Below, piece after piece: positions 49,464 to 57,669 of a stretch of 64,000 nt of DNA. The stretch is from an uncultured Gammaproteobacteria bacterium. GTDB lineage: Bacteria; Patescibacteriota; Patescibacteriia; Patescibacteriales; UBA12465. The stretch is taken from assembly GCA_964539545.1 (NCBI GenBank), contig CAZIJG010000004.1, positions 8,054-72,053 of the forward strand, read 5' to 3'. The stretch's first letter is position 1. Every line of letters starts with the position of its first letter. The notes beneath the pieces are model-generated. The model saw nothing but the letters and a program-made list of their open reading frames with translations. It made no database searches and was not told where the DNA came from. The position numbers were made by a program, and so were the translations under genes.

Positions 49464-49863
49464 TTATATGAATGCAAGTAATTGGTATTCGCAGCTTATT
49501 AAACCATCTTGGGCGCCTCCTTCCTGGCTATTTGGCCCAGCGTGGTCATTTTTGTATATTCTCATAGCTATATCTTTTGGTAAGGTAGTTTTATTGTTTG
49601 CACAGAAAAAAATACCGTTTATAGTTTTATTGCCTTTTATCCTTAATATTATATTTAATCTATCCTTCACCTATTTTCAGTTTGGTTTAAAAAATAACAC
49701 TTTAGCTGCTATTGATATACTGCTTGTATTAGGAACATTGATTTGGGCCATGATAGTTATTTATCCATACGTACAATGGGTTGCCTATGTTCAGATACCT
49801 TACTTAGCGTGGGTTGCTTTTGCCACTGTGCTACAAATAACAATTACATACCTGAATAAATAA
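49456..49863 (+). CDS. tspO: TspO/MBR family tryptophan-rich sensory protein (short)
   Basis: WYSQLIKPSWAPPSWLFGPAWSFLY N-terminus; 4-5 TM. Confidence 0.7.
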   Translation: MNNYMNASNWYSQLIKPSWAPPSWLFGPAWSFLYILIAISFGKVVLLFAQKKIPFIVLLPFILNIIFNLSFTYFQFGLKNNTLAAIDILLVLGTLIWAMIVIYPYVQWVAYVQIPYLAWVAFATVLQITITYLNK

Positions 49864-49917
49864 CTTTGTTATAATTGTTTATTTTTTATTACAATAATAT
49901 TATTTCTCGCAGATAGT

Positions 49918-50322
49918 ATGCAAACATTTTTACCTTATAAAAGTTTTGAGAAGTCTGTTCAATTTTTAGACTACAGAAGGCTGGGGAAGCAAAGAGTGGA
50001 AGCTTATCAAATACTTAACATAATACTGAATAGAACCAAGAGTAATGGCTGGAAAAATCATCCAGCTGTTTTGATGTGGAAATGTTGTCCAAACGCTTTA
50101 AAATCTTATTTTAATATTTGCGTAGAAGAATGGGAGAGACGAGGGTATAGAAATAATATGACTAAGGAGAATATCAGGGGTAAAATTGTATATCCTCAGT
50201 GGATTGGGAATAGACAGTTCCATTCAGCTCATCGGTCTAATTTATTAAGAAAAGATTATCATTATTATTCTCAATTTAAATGGAAGGAAGGAAATGACTT
50301 GCCTTATGTTTGGCCTGTATGA
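49918..50322 (+). CDS. pyrimidine-dimer DNA glycosylase-like (Pyr_excise / DenV-related) protein
   Basis: LDYRRLGKQRVEAYQIL...GWKNHPAVLMW resembles this family; recognised from memory only. Confidence 0.45.
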   Translation: MQTFLPYKSFEKSVQFLDYRRLGKQRVEAYQILNIILNRTKSNGWKNHPAVLMWKCCPNALKSYFNICVEEWERRGYRNNMTKENIRGKIVYPQWIGNRQFHSAHRSNLLRKDYHYYSQFKWKEGNDLPYVWPV

Positions 50323-50344
50323 GAATATTCAACTAATTTCATTT

Positions 50345-50679
50345 TCATCACCTCCCCTTGTATTACTAAGCATCAAACAATTGTGACGCTATTGTGACTG
50401 AAAGGTGATTAAAAATGGTAAATACTGGTAACTTCTGGCGACTTAGAACAGGGAATAATAATAGCTAATATTACGATAATTTAGCTATTATTAGCAACAA
50501 TGTCAGATAGTCCATTTCGTGCTTCGAATCCGACCCCGGGAGCAAGCAAAAATAGGCTAAGGTTAGCCTATTTTTTAGTATCAAAGACATCAAGATGTCA
50601 CAATTTGTGACGTTATTGTGTCGGTTTTTTCTTAGATTTTAAAGAAAAAATTATTTTTAGAATCCTAACCCGAAATTAC
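50345..50679 (+). repeat. junction unit C: arm + perfect core (50523-50544) + terminator + integrase relic + variant half core (50659-50675)
   Basis: ATTGTGACGCTATTGTGAC at 50380-50398; TGTCACAATTTGTGACGTTATTGTGTCGG at 50596-50624. Confidence 0.85.
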
Positions 50680-50819
50680 TTTTATTATGTTTTTGGCTGT
50701 GATAAAGGGGATCAAATTTAAGAGTAAGGTCGAAAGGCCTATTTTTGTTTTATTTTTAGCCCAATTTTGATATAATAGTTATGTAAAAATAATAAAAAAA
50801 TAATTTATAAAATAGAATT

Positions 50820-51965
50820 ATGAAAAATTCAACAGCTTTTAAAATTTTGGCTTTACTTGTTTTGTTAGTAGTAGGAGGGTTATTTGTGGTTTACAATAAT
50901 AAAGCCAACAATACGGGAAAAGTACTGGCTACGCAAACACAGATGAATCAAGATGAAAAGCAAATAGAAAAAACTAATAATATCACAGATGCAAAAGATG
51001 TGATACCAGCCCTAAAAGATTTCGATAAAATTAAAAGTAACAATATTTTAGAGGATGAGTCTTCAGAATATTCTGTCAATTCAGAATCAGACCAGAATTG
51101 TGATTTATTTTCTAGTAAATTAGCTTCTTGTGCTCAATATAAGTGTCAATTTATTCACCCGTTTACTGAAGAAACTATGGAGAAAGAGATTATGGGGGTG
51201 ATAAATGAAAAATGTCATTACGAGGAACAAATGCCAAATAATGGTAAAATGACTTGTGATTACGATGAGGATACTAGGATGGCTGTTGCTCAATATTATA
51301 CAGATATAGTTGATAATGAAGATGATGAAGAGGGAGTACATATAGAGCTGGAGGGCGAGGAATATGAAATTACCTATACAATTAATGGTGAAGAGGTCTT
51401 AAATCCATTACAAGAGGTCATGGATAGGGGTATCTGTGTAATATCTGGGTACGATGATTATTCAGAAAATAATAACAGTAGTTTAAGCGGTATTTTAGAA
51501 ATAGAGTGGGGAGAATTTGTAAAAGCTACAGATTCATCAGGCAGAGATTCATGGAAAATGGATATAAAAATTATTAATAATGAAAACAAGGACGTTGTCT
51601 TATCATTTGATGGTTCAAATCCAGACGAGAATTGGGGATGGGGAACTAAATCTATGGTAGATAGTGGGGACGATAAAGTATATGATTTAACAATTCGTCA
51701 TTATTCTTTCGATAAAGTTAAGTATGATAAAAAATATATAAAATTATCATTTTACGAATGTAATAAGCTGTCAGTAAGAGATGAAGAGGATATATGTCTT
51801 TCAAGTTTTGGATTTGACGGAACATTATCTCCTTGGGAGGTTCTTGAAAACAGAGAAGATGCTGGGGATCCGATTAGTCCAACGTTAGTTTCGGAAAAAT
51901 ACTTTAATTTTGATAGTCTTACCACCCCTCCGCTAGAGATTAGTAGAGAAGATTATTTGAAATAA
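50820..51965 (+). CDS. hypothetical secreted Asp/Glu-rich protein
   Basis: Signal-anchor N-terminus (FKILALLVLLVVGGLFVV); TGaTATAAT box at 50768-50776. Confidence 0.5.
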   Translation: MKNSTAFKILALLVLLVVGGLFVVYNNKANNTGKVLATQTQMNQDEKQIEKTNNITDAKDVIPALKDFDKIKSNNILEDESSEYSVNSESDQNCDLFSSKLASCAQYKCQFIHPFTEETMEKEIMGVINEKCHYEEQMPNNGKMTCDYDEDTRMAVAQYYTDIVDNEDDEEGVHIELEGEEYEITYTINGEEVLNPLQEVMDRGICVISGYDDYSENNNSSLSGILEIEWGEFVKATDSSGRDSWKMDIKIINNENKDVVLSFDGSNPDENWGWGTKSMVDSGDDKVYDLTIRHYSFDKVKYDKKYIKLSFYECNKLSVRDEEDICLSSFGFDGTLSPWEVLENREDAGDPISPTLVSEKYFNFDSLTTPPLEISREDYLK

Positions 51966-52003
51966 AAATGTTAAAGAGTAATAAACTTATAGAGTAAAGT
52001 TTT

Positions 52004-52209
52004 ACTTAGTGCCACCTCCCATCACCTCTCCTTATATTGCACGCCTCACAAAAAGTTGTGACGCTATTGTGACTGAAAGGTGATTAAAAGTGGTAAATGC
52101 TGGTAACTTCTGGCGACTTAGGACAGGGAAGAATAATAGCTAATATTACGATAATTTAGCTAGTATTAGCAATAATATTTAATAGTCCATTTCGTGCTTC
52201 GAATCTAAT
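52004..52209 (+). repeat. junction unit D: arm + diverged core (TTCGAATCTAATCCCGGGAT)
   Basis: TTGTGACGCTATTGTGAC at 52048-52066; core variant at 52190-52209 directly abuts a promoter. Confidence 0.85.
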
Positions 52210-52215
52210 CCCGGG

Positions 52216-52244
52216 ATAGGATATTGACAAAAGTATATTTTCAC
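52216..52244 (+). promoter_or_regulatory. cassette promoter module copy 1
   Basis: TTGACA (52216-52221), 17 nt, TATGCT (52239-52244), then TTTTTATTAC. Confidence 0.6.
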
Positions 52245-52300
52245 GGTATGCTTTTTTATTACATTTAGATACACAAATTGTTCATTAAAAAACTATAACT

Positions 52301-52939
52301 ATGTCCAGTAAAAAAGAAAGAAGAAAGTTCAAAGCTTTTTACAACAATCAACAAACAAACAAACAGAATGTAGCCGTAGTGGCCCACTCTACCAACAGAA
52401 AGGCCAGACGTCCATCACAGGAAATTGGCGACGATATCAGAAAAATGTTGGGTAAATTAAGAGATCATTCTGTTGTTTTTCCTGAGGTTAATTCCGAGCC
52501 GATTAAATTGGGAAAACTTTATGAAGTAACAGTTAAAATTGGAGAAGATGAAGCTCAAGAAAGGCGATTGGTATATGCAACTGTAGTGCTTCCATTTGAA
52601 GAGAGTGAAGATTGCTTGACGGGATTAACAGAATTGTTTGTTAATTCAAAAAAGAAAGTTATTACTGCTCCAGAAGTGGAAAGTAAAGCCGATGTTTCTC
52701 CAGTTTTAAAAGTGTTATATCCACTTCCAATGGGCGGATATGCTATGACACCAATAACAATTTTTAACTGGTATGGTAAAGAAGAAATTGTTATGTCAAA
52801 CATGAAAGAGCCTCCTTTAGAAATTATTGAAGTAATAAATGCTCCATACTGTCATATTTTTGATATGGTTTGGTCAGGATCCTACATCGGAAGACAAATT
52901 GACGGAGTAGAGCTTTTTGAAGAAGCTAAGGTGGCATAA
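52301..52939 (+). CDS. hypothetical protein
   Basis: 212 aa ORF, basic N-terminus. Confidence 0.45.
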   Translation: MSSKKERRKFKAFYNNQQTNKQNVAVVAHSTNRKARRPSQEIGDDIRKMLGKLRDHSVVFPEVNSEPIKLGKLYEVTVKIGEDEAQERRLVYATVVLPFEESEDCLTGLTELFVNSKKKVITAPEVESKADVSPVLKVLYPLPMGGYAMTPITIFNWYGKEEIVMSNMKEPPLEIIEVINAPYCHIFDMVWSGSYIGRQIDGVELFEEAKVA

Positions 52940-52966
52940 AAAATAACCTATAAAATTAGGATTTAT

Positions 52967-52997
52967 AACCGCATAATCAATATGCGGTTCTTTTTTT
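52967..52997 (+). terminator. cassette terminator
   Basis: AACCGCATA/TATGCGGTT stem plus T7. Confidence 0.8.
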
Positions 52998-53004
52998 ACT
53001 AAAT

Positions 53005-53335
53005 TTTTAATCACCTCCCCTTGTATTACTAAGCATCAAAAAATTGTGACGCTATTGTGACTGAAAGGTGATTAAAAGTGGTAAATGCTGGTAACTTCTG
53101 GCGACTTAGAACAGGGAAGAATAATCGCTAACATTACGATAATTTAGCTAGTATTAGCAACAATATCCGATAGTCCATTTCGTGCTTCGAATCCGACCCC
53201 GGGAGCAAGCAAAAATAGGCTAACATTAGCCTATTTTTTAGTATCAAAGACATAAAAATGTCACAATTTGTGACGTTATTGTGACGTAAAATCCCAATGT
53301 TTTAGACATTTAGATTTTTCTTGTATCCGACCCCA
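53005..53335 (+). repeat. junction unit E (reference copy): arm + perfect core (53186-53207) + terminator + integrase relic (53259-53286) + half core (53320-53335)
   Basis: ATTGTGAC at 53043 and 53054; TGGTAA/TGGTAA/TGGCGA at 53079, 53089 and 53099; core identical to tRNA-Asn 3' end. Confidence 0.9.
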
Positions 53336-53402
53336 GAGAGTATTTATATATAAAATATGGTATAATTAAAAAAAGATTATTAATTACTCTAATAATAAAT
53401 CT

Positions 53403-54101
53403 ATGTTAGAAAATTTTCCTGTCGCTCAAACTAAAAAAGAAAAACCTAAGAAAACATTTAAAGAAAGGATTTTACAAAATAAAGCCGCAAAAATCGCAGC
53501 CATCTTTTTAATTATGCTTGGATCTGCTAAGTCGTTAGAGGCAAGCGGTAATACTGAAGGTGGACCTGACCCAGAAAATGTGAAGCACAAGATCGAAGAT
53601 GCTAGGGGGTTCTTAAAGCAAATAATTCCAGACACAAAAAATAGTGATAATGCTGCATCTCATACACTTAACGGTCGAAATATAAGTACTTGTAAGTATC
53701 CCACTGGTCAAGAAGTGACAGTAGCTGATAATAATGATTATATTATAGTTTCAACTGATGAGGGTAGAAAAGTTTTTTACGATGATGATGCCGATGGCTC
53801 TTTGGATAGGGTGGTGCTTAATAAGGGCGAAGAAGAAGAAAGAATTTTTGTTAAAAATGCAATGTATGCATTTCAATCAATGGAGGAAATGGCTGAACAA
53901 GCTGAAGTAATAGCAGATTTAATGCCTAAGCAGGTTAGTGTTCTTAATCTTAATCATGAAAACGGAGAAGCTCAATTTGTAGATATGTCTGACGGCGCGA
54001 GCGGAACATTTACTGAAGATGACGCCGATGGTCTAATTAATACAATGCAAGATCGCTATACTCAAGAATTAGAAGAAATTTCTCAGGATTTAAATAAATA
54101 A
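53403..54101 (+). CDS. hypothetical secreted/anchored acidic protein
   Basis: Hydrophobic segment AAKIAAIFLIMLGSAKSLEA; TGgTATAAT box at 53358-53366. Confidence 0.45.
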   Translation: MLENFPVAQTKKEKPKKTFKERILQNKAAKIAAIFLIMLGSAKSLEASGNTEGGPDPENVKHKIEDARGFLKQIIPDTKNSDNAASHTLNGRNISTCKYPTGQEVTVADNNDYIIVSTDEGRKVFYDDDADGSLDRVVLNKGEEEERIFVKNAMYAFQSMEEMAEQAEVIADLMPKQVSVLNLNHENGEAQFVDMSDGASGTFTEDDADGLINTMQDRYTQELEEISQDLNK

Positions 54102-54134
54102 AATAGTCTATATTTAAGTGATTTTTTTTATTAC

Positions 54135-54336
54135 TTTCACCACCCCTCCTTGTATTGCCAGCGAAACAGAAAGTTGTGACGCTATTGTGACTGAAAGGTG
54201 ATTAAAAGTGGTAAATGCTGGTAACTTCTGGTAACTTAGAACAGGGAATAATAATAGCTAATATTACGATAATTTAGCTAGTATTAGTAACAATATCTGA
54301 TAGTCCATTTAGTACTTCGAATCCGACCCCGGGAGC
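54135..54336 (+). repeat. junction unit F: arm + near-perfect core (54316-54336, 21/22)
   Basis: TTGTGACGCTATTGTGAC at 54174-54191; followed by hairpin terminator at 54341-54371. Confidence 0.85.
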
Positions 54337-54414
54337 TATTAGAAATACCCTATAAAATTAGGGTATTTTTTGTTACTCATTTTTTTAATGTTTGATTTTT
54401 GGTATAATAAAAGA

Positions 54415-54834
54415 ATGAAAATCTTCAACGAAAAAATCTGGAGAAGGCATACGAGCCCTCTTAGTGGTTGGACGCGTGTAATTGCTTTCTTTTTGATACC
54501 TATCCTAATTTGGACTCAAAATTGGTATCTACTGTTGGTCCTGCTAGCTTTTTTTGTAGTTAATCCAATTCTTTTTTCTGAACCAAAAAATAAAGATAAT
54601 TGGATGAGCAAATCCATATTAGGAGAAGAACTATGGACTAAAAAAGGGGTTTTGCAAAAGGATTTTCCTACTGTACTAAATCTCTTAAATGGACTTTTCT
54701 TTTTTATACTAATCTACGGTGCGTATAATAACTTATTGGAAGTAACAATTTTTTCAACTATATTATCAAGTGTCTTTAAACTTTGGTATTTAGATAGAAT
54801 GGTTTTATATTATGATAATAAAAAAAATAACTAA
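54415..54834 (+). CDS. hypothetical membrane protein
   Basis: ATG at 54415 downstream of TGgTATAAT (54400-54408); 3-4 TM. Confidence 0.5.
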   Translation: MKIFNEKIWRRHTSPLSGWTRVIAFFLIPILIWTQNWYLLLVLLAFFVVNPILFSEPKNKDNWMSKSILGEELWTKKGVLQKDFPTVLNLLNGLFFFILIYGAYNNLLEVTIFSTILSSVFKLWYLDRMVLYYDNKKNN

Positions 54835-55585
54835 TTGGAAAATATTTTGGGTATTATTTACTGCTGGAATGTTCGGAGTTATAGCAATATTTCCTTTTTT
54901 GCTCACAACGCAGGGGGATGTATTAAGAGAGCTTCCCATTCCATTATCCGTGGTTCTTCTTGCCAGTGCTATGCAAAGCGCTGTACTTATAGGAGTTGCT
55001 ATATTTGTTGGATTACGACTAGGTAAAAAAATTGGTTTTGGAACACCTCTTATTTCTTCTTGGCTTTCAGGAGAGTCTGTTAGAGAAAAACTTAAGTCAG
55101 TTGCGAAGGTGTCAATAGGGCTGGGAGCATTGAGTGGTATTTTAATTATCGGTTTTGATTATATATTCAACCTGTTTATAGGGCCTATATCTACTGTAAG
55201 CACACCATTGTGGCAGGGTTTTTTGGCATCATTCTACGGAGGTGTTGTCGAGGAAATACTATTAAGACTATTTTTTGTAACTCTATTGGTTTGGATTATG
55301 TGGAAGTTTTCAAAATCTAAGAATATTAAACCTCCCATTACAACTATCTGGATTGCGATAATTTCTGCTTCAGTAATATTTGGATTAGGCCATTTGCCCG
55401 CAACCGCATTACTTACTACAATCACTCCAGTCATTATTTTTCGTGCAGTATTATTAAATGGAATTGGTGGTGTTATTTTTGGCTGGCTATATTGGAAGAA
55501 AGGATTTGAATCGGCAATAATTGCTCACTTCACTACAGATATAATTCTTCTTACTATCTTTCCATTATTATTGAATTTAAACTAA
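54812..55585 (+). CDS. CPBP-family intramembrane glutamic endopeptidase (CAAX protease/bacteriocin-processing type)
   Basis: GGVVEEILLRLFF (EExxxR), FGLGH and HFTTD motifs. Confidence 0.75.
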   Translation: MIIKKITNWKIFWVLFTAGMFGVIAIFPFLLTTQGDVLRELPIPLSVVLLASAMQSAVLIGVAIFVGLRLGKKIGFGTPLISSWLSGESVREKLKSVAKVSIGLGALSGILIIGFDYIFNLFIGPISTVSTPLWQGFLASFYGGVVEEILLRLFFVTLLVWIMWKFSKSKNIKPPITTIWIAIISASVIFGLGHLPATALLTTITPVIIFRAVLLNGIGGVIFGWLYWKKGFESAIIAHFTTDIILLTIFPLLLNLN

Positions 55586-55589
55586 TTTT

Positions 55590-56105
55590 ATGAAAAAAAC
55601 GATATTATATATAGCTCAAAGTTTGGATGGTTTTGTCGCCACCAAAGACGGGAGCGTATCTTGGCTTGATGATTATTTTGATGTTGACTTTGGTAATTAT
55701 AGTTATGATAAGTTTGAGAAAGGTATTGATACAATAGTTCAGGGAAGTACAACCTACGATCAATTTAAACCAAAATATCCAGGAAAGAATAGTTATGTTT
55801 TTGCCAGTGATGCAGATGGTAGAAATGAGGAGGGAACAATTTTTGTAAAAGGAGAGGTAAAAAAGTTCGTTGATGATCTGGATGAGAAAACTCATGAAAA
55901 TATTTGGTTGGTGGGAGGACCAACATTATTAGCAGGATTTTTAAATAAAAAGCTTGTAGATGAAATGATTATTTTTACGATGCCAGTTTTATTGAAAGAA
56001 GGTATCTCTTTATTCAGTAATATCAAAGTAAGTCCTAATATTTCATTGCAAAAGGTTAAAAATTATGAAAAAGGTGTGATGGTCTCGCATTATAATATTA
56101 AATAG
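55590..56105 (+). CDS. dihydrofolate reductase-family (RibD C-terminal domain) protein
   Basis: ILYIAQSLDGFVATKDGSVSWLD N-terminus; WLVGGPTL. Confidence 0.7.
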   Translation: MKKTILYIAQSLDGFVATKDGSVSWLDDYFDVDFGNYSYDKFEKGIDTIVQGSTTYDQFKPKYPGKNSYVFASDADGRNEEGTIFVKGEVKKFVDDLDEKTHENIWLVGGPTLLAGFLNKKLVDEMIIFTMPVLLKEGISLFSNIKVSPNISLQKVKNYEKGVMVSHYNIK

Positions 56106-56106
56106 T

Positions 56107-56226
56107 ATGAAAAGAGTTTCTGCTGGATACCGAATCACTATTAGTATTGTGATTGCTATAATACTTCTTCTTGTCTGGATGGAGCTAGCTGTTGGCATTT
56201 TTGGGACTCCATGGGCAGGATCTTAA
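56107..56226 (+). CDS. possible 39-aa single-TM peptide
   Basis: Hand-translated MKRVSAGYRITISIVIAIILLLVWMELAVGIFGTPWAGS; ATG is 2 nt after the preceding stop. Confidence 0.3.
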   Translation: MKRVSAGYRITISIVIAIILLLVWMELAVGIFGTPWAGS

Positions 56227-56236
56227 TACGCACAAG

Positions 56237-56434
56237 ATATCACCTCTCCCTGTATTACTAAGCATCAAAAAATTGTGACGCTATTGTGACTGAAAGGTGA
56301 TTAAAAGTGGTAAATGCTGGTAACTTCTGGCGACTTAGAACAGGGAAGAATAATCGCTAACATTACGATAATTTAGCTAGTATTAGCAACAATATCCAAT
56401 AGTCCATTTGGTGCTTCGAATCCTAACCCTTGAG
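56237..56434 (+). repeat. junction unit G: arm + diverged core (TTCGAATCCTAACCCTTGAG)
   Basis: ATTGTGACGCTATTGTGAC at 56272-56290; differs from unit E arm at ~4 positions by eye. Confidence 0.85.
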
Positions 56435-56441
56435 TAAAGTC

Positions 56442-56470
56442 TTGACAAAAGTATATCAATATGGTATACT
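56442..56470 (+). promoter_or_regulatory. cassette promoter module copy 2
   Basis: TTGACA (56442-56447), 17 nt, TATACT (56465-56470), then TTTTTGATAG. Confidence 0.6.
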
Positions 56471-56494
56471 TTTTTGATAGATAAAATTCTATTT

Positions 56495-56722
56495 ATGAAC
56501 CTTAAAACTATAAAAATGGGAAAGAAAGCATTTACTGTATTTTTTACAGATCAGCCAGGTGAGGCGTCGATTACTCAGTTAATCAAATTTATAAACGAAC
56601 ATAATCTTGAGGCTTCCGACTACCACTTGATAGCTTTGCCTTCGGGTATAGCTGAAGGAGGATTTATTAAAGGCGCAAATATTAGTTGTATTTATCATTC
56701 AGAAAAAGAGTTATCCTGTTAA
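56495..56722 (+). CDS. hypothetical small protein
   Basis: Track start 56474 (TTG) lies at the predicted TSS, so ATG 56495 (or 56516) is preferred. Confidence 0.4.
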   Translation: MNLKTIKMGKKAFTVFFTDQPGEASITQLIKFINEHNLEASDYHLIALPSGIAEGGFIKGANISCIYHSEKELSC

Positions 56723-56810
56723 TTAAATTTTAAAACCATCTTAGTTATAGATGGTTTTTTTCTATATTTTATTATTATTTCTTCTCCTTTTCAATAATAC
56801 CCCAATCAAT

Positions 56811-56920
56811 GGTTCTAATCGTGTTCTTAATGGGGAGTATCCAAAAATAGGCTAATATTAATCTATTTTTTAGTATCAAAGATATAAAAATGTTACAATT
56901 TGTGACGCTATCGCAGCTTA
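56811..56920 (+). repeat. collapsed junction unit: degenerate T-loop-like core + terminator + integrase relic
   Basis: GGTTCTAATC..., AAAAATAGGCTAATATTAATCTATTTTTT, TGTTACAATTTGTGACGCTATCG. Confidence 0.6.
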
Positions 56921-56949
56921 TTGACGAAGGCATACTTTTACGGTATGCT
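56921..56949 (+). promoter_or_regulatory. cassette promoter module copy 3
   Basis: TTGACG (56921-56926), 17 nt, TATGCT (56944-56949), then TTTTTAATAC. Confidence 0.55.
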
Positions 56950-57004
56950 TTTTTAATACCTAAAATATATAAATTGTTCTTATAAATAAAAACGGGAGGT
57001 TAAT

Positions 57005-57334
57005 ATGTTAAAATGTAGTGATTGTGGATATAAAGGTGTGAATCTTTCTCCGAGTTATGGTGATGGTACAGCCAGATGTCCTCGTTGTAATGGTGTTTTC
57101 GAGGGTATACTCGCTCGAAATGCTTTGTACGATGATTTCTCAACAGTAAAAGAGGGAAATACTTTAAAGAAAGTTAATTGGGGAACAGGTGAGACGCCTC
57201 AGGATGTCGTAGTGGAAGAAGTGGTTTCTGAAATGATTATTATCAGAGTTGATAAAAGGTTAATAAAATTTGACAGCACCACAGGCGTTGCGGTGGATGA
57301 TGACAAATTAGAGTTCCTTACTTTTAACATCTAG
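57005..57334 (+). CDS. hypothetical zinc-ribbon protein
   Basis: CSDC...CPRC; SD GGGAGG 6 nt upstream. Confidence 0.5.
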   Translation: MLKCSDCGYKGVNLSPSYGDGTARCPRCNGVFEGILARNALYDDFSTVKEGNTLKKVNWGTGETPQDVVVEEVVSEMIIIRVDKRLIKFDSTTGVAVDDDKLEFLTFNI

Positions 57335-57433
57335 CAAAAAACATCTTTTCATAAAACGGTGAGGCTTAAGTCAATATCCGTTTTTTTTTATTTCAAGAGT
57401 ATGTTTGATAAAATAATACTGTTTAGATAAAAG

Positions 57434-57612
57434 TTTCGAAGTAAGTCCACTGCCGAGAGCCATCATTTTTTGGGTGTGTCAGACAGGCATATTTTGTTTG
57501 ATATTAGCTAAAAAATAAAGAGATATGATTTAGGTCATGCTTTTTTGTTGGAGTTAAATGAGTGAAAAAAGACTGTAAATAAAGGAGATTTTTAGTTCTA
57601 GTCCGAGTCCTG
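57434..57612 (+). repeat. variant junction unit X1 (second repeat family)
   Basis: TTTCGAAGTAAGTCCACTGCCGAGAGCCA core-like start; the following ~150 nt align with 61606-61775. Confidence 0.6.
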
Positions 57613-57669
57613 TTTTAATGATAATAAAAATGTTATAATTGCCATGATAAGGCATTAAGGCTAAAAATT

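Noticed and set aside
53005-53025. GGGGAGGTGA on the minus strand of every arm as a Shine-Dalgarno for a conserved minus-strand gene
   Set aside because: No start codon or conserved ORF follows it in any copy; the minus strand runs straight into the upstream gene's terminator. It is kept only as a motif (an anti-SD-like box on the + strand) in the arm description.
53084-53146. 20-codon ORF inside the conserved arm (ATG CTG GTA ACT ... ATT TAG, MLVTSGDLEQGRIIANITII)
   Set aside because: The ATG is replaced by ATA in units B, C and I, while the surrounding DNA stays conserved. There is no RBS. Conservation is at the DNA level, not the codon level.
54835-55026. 63 aa + strand ORF overlapping the CPBP gene in another frame
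   Set aside because: It lies entirely within the CPBP coding region, which has clear family motifs. Its Cys/Arg-rich translation is typical of an off-frame read.
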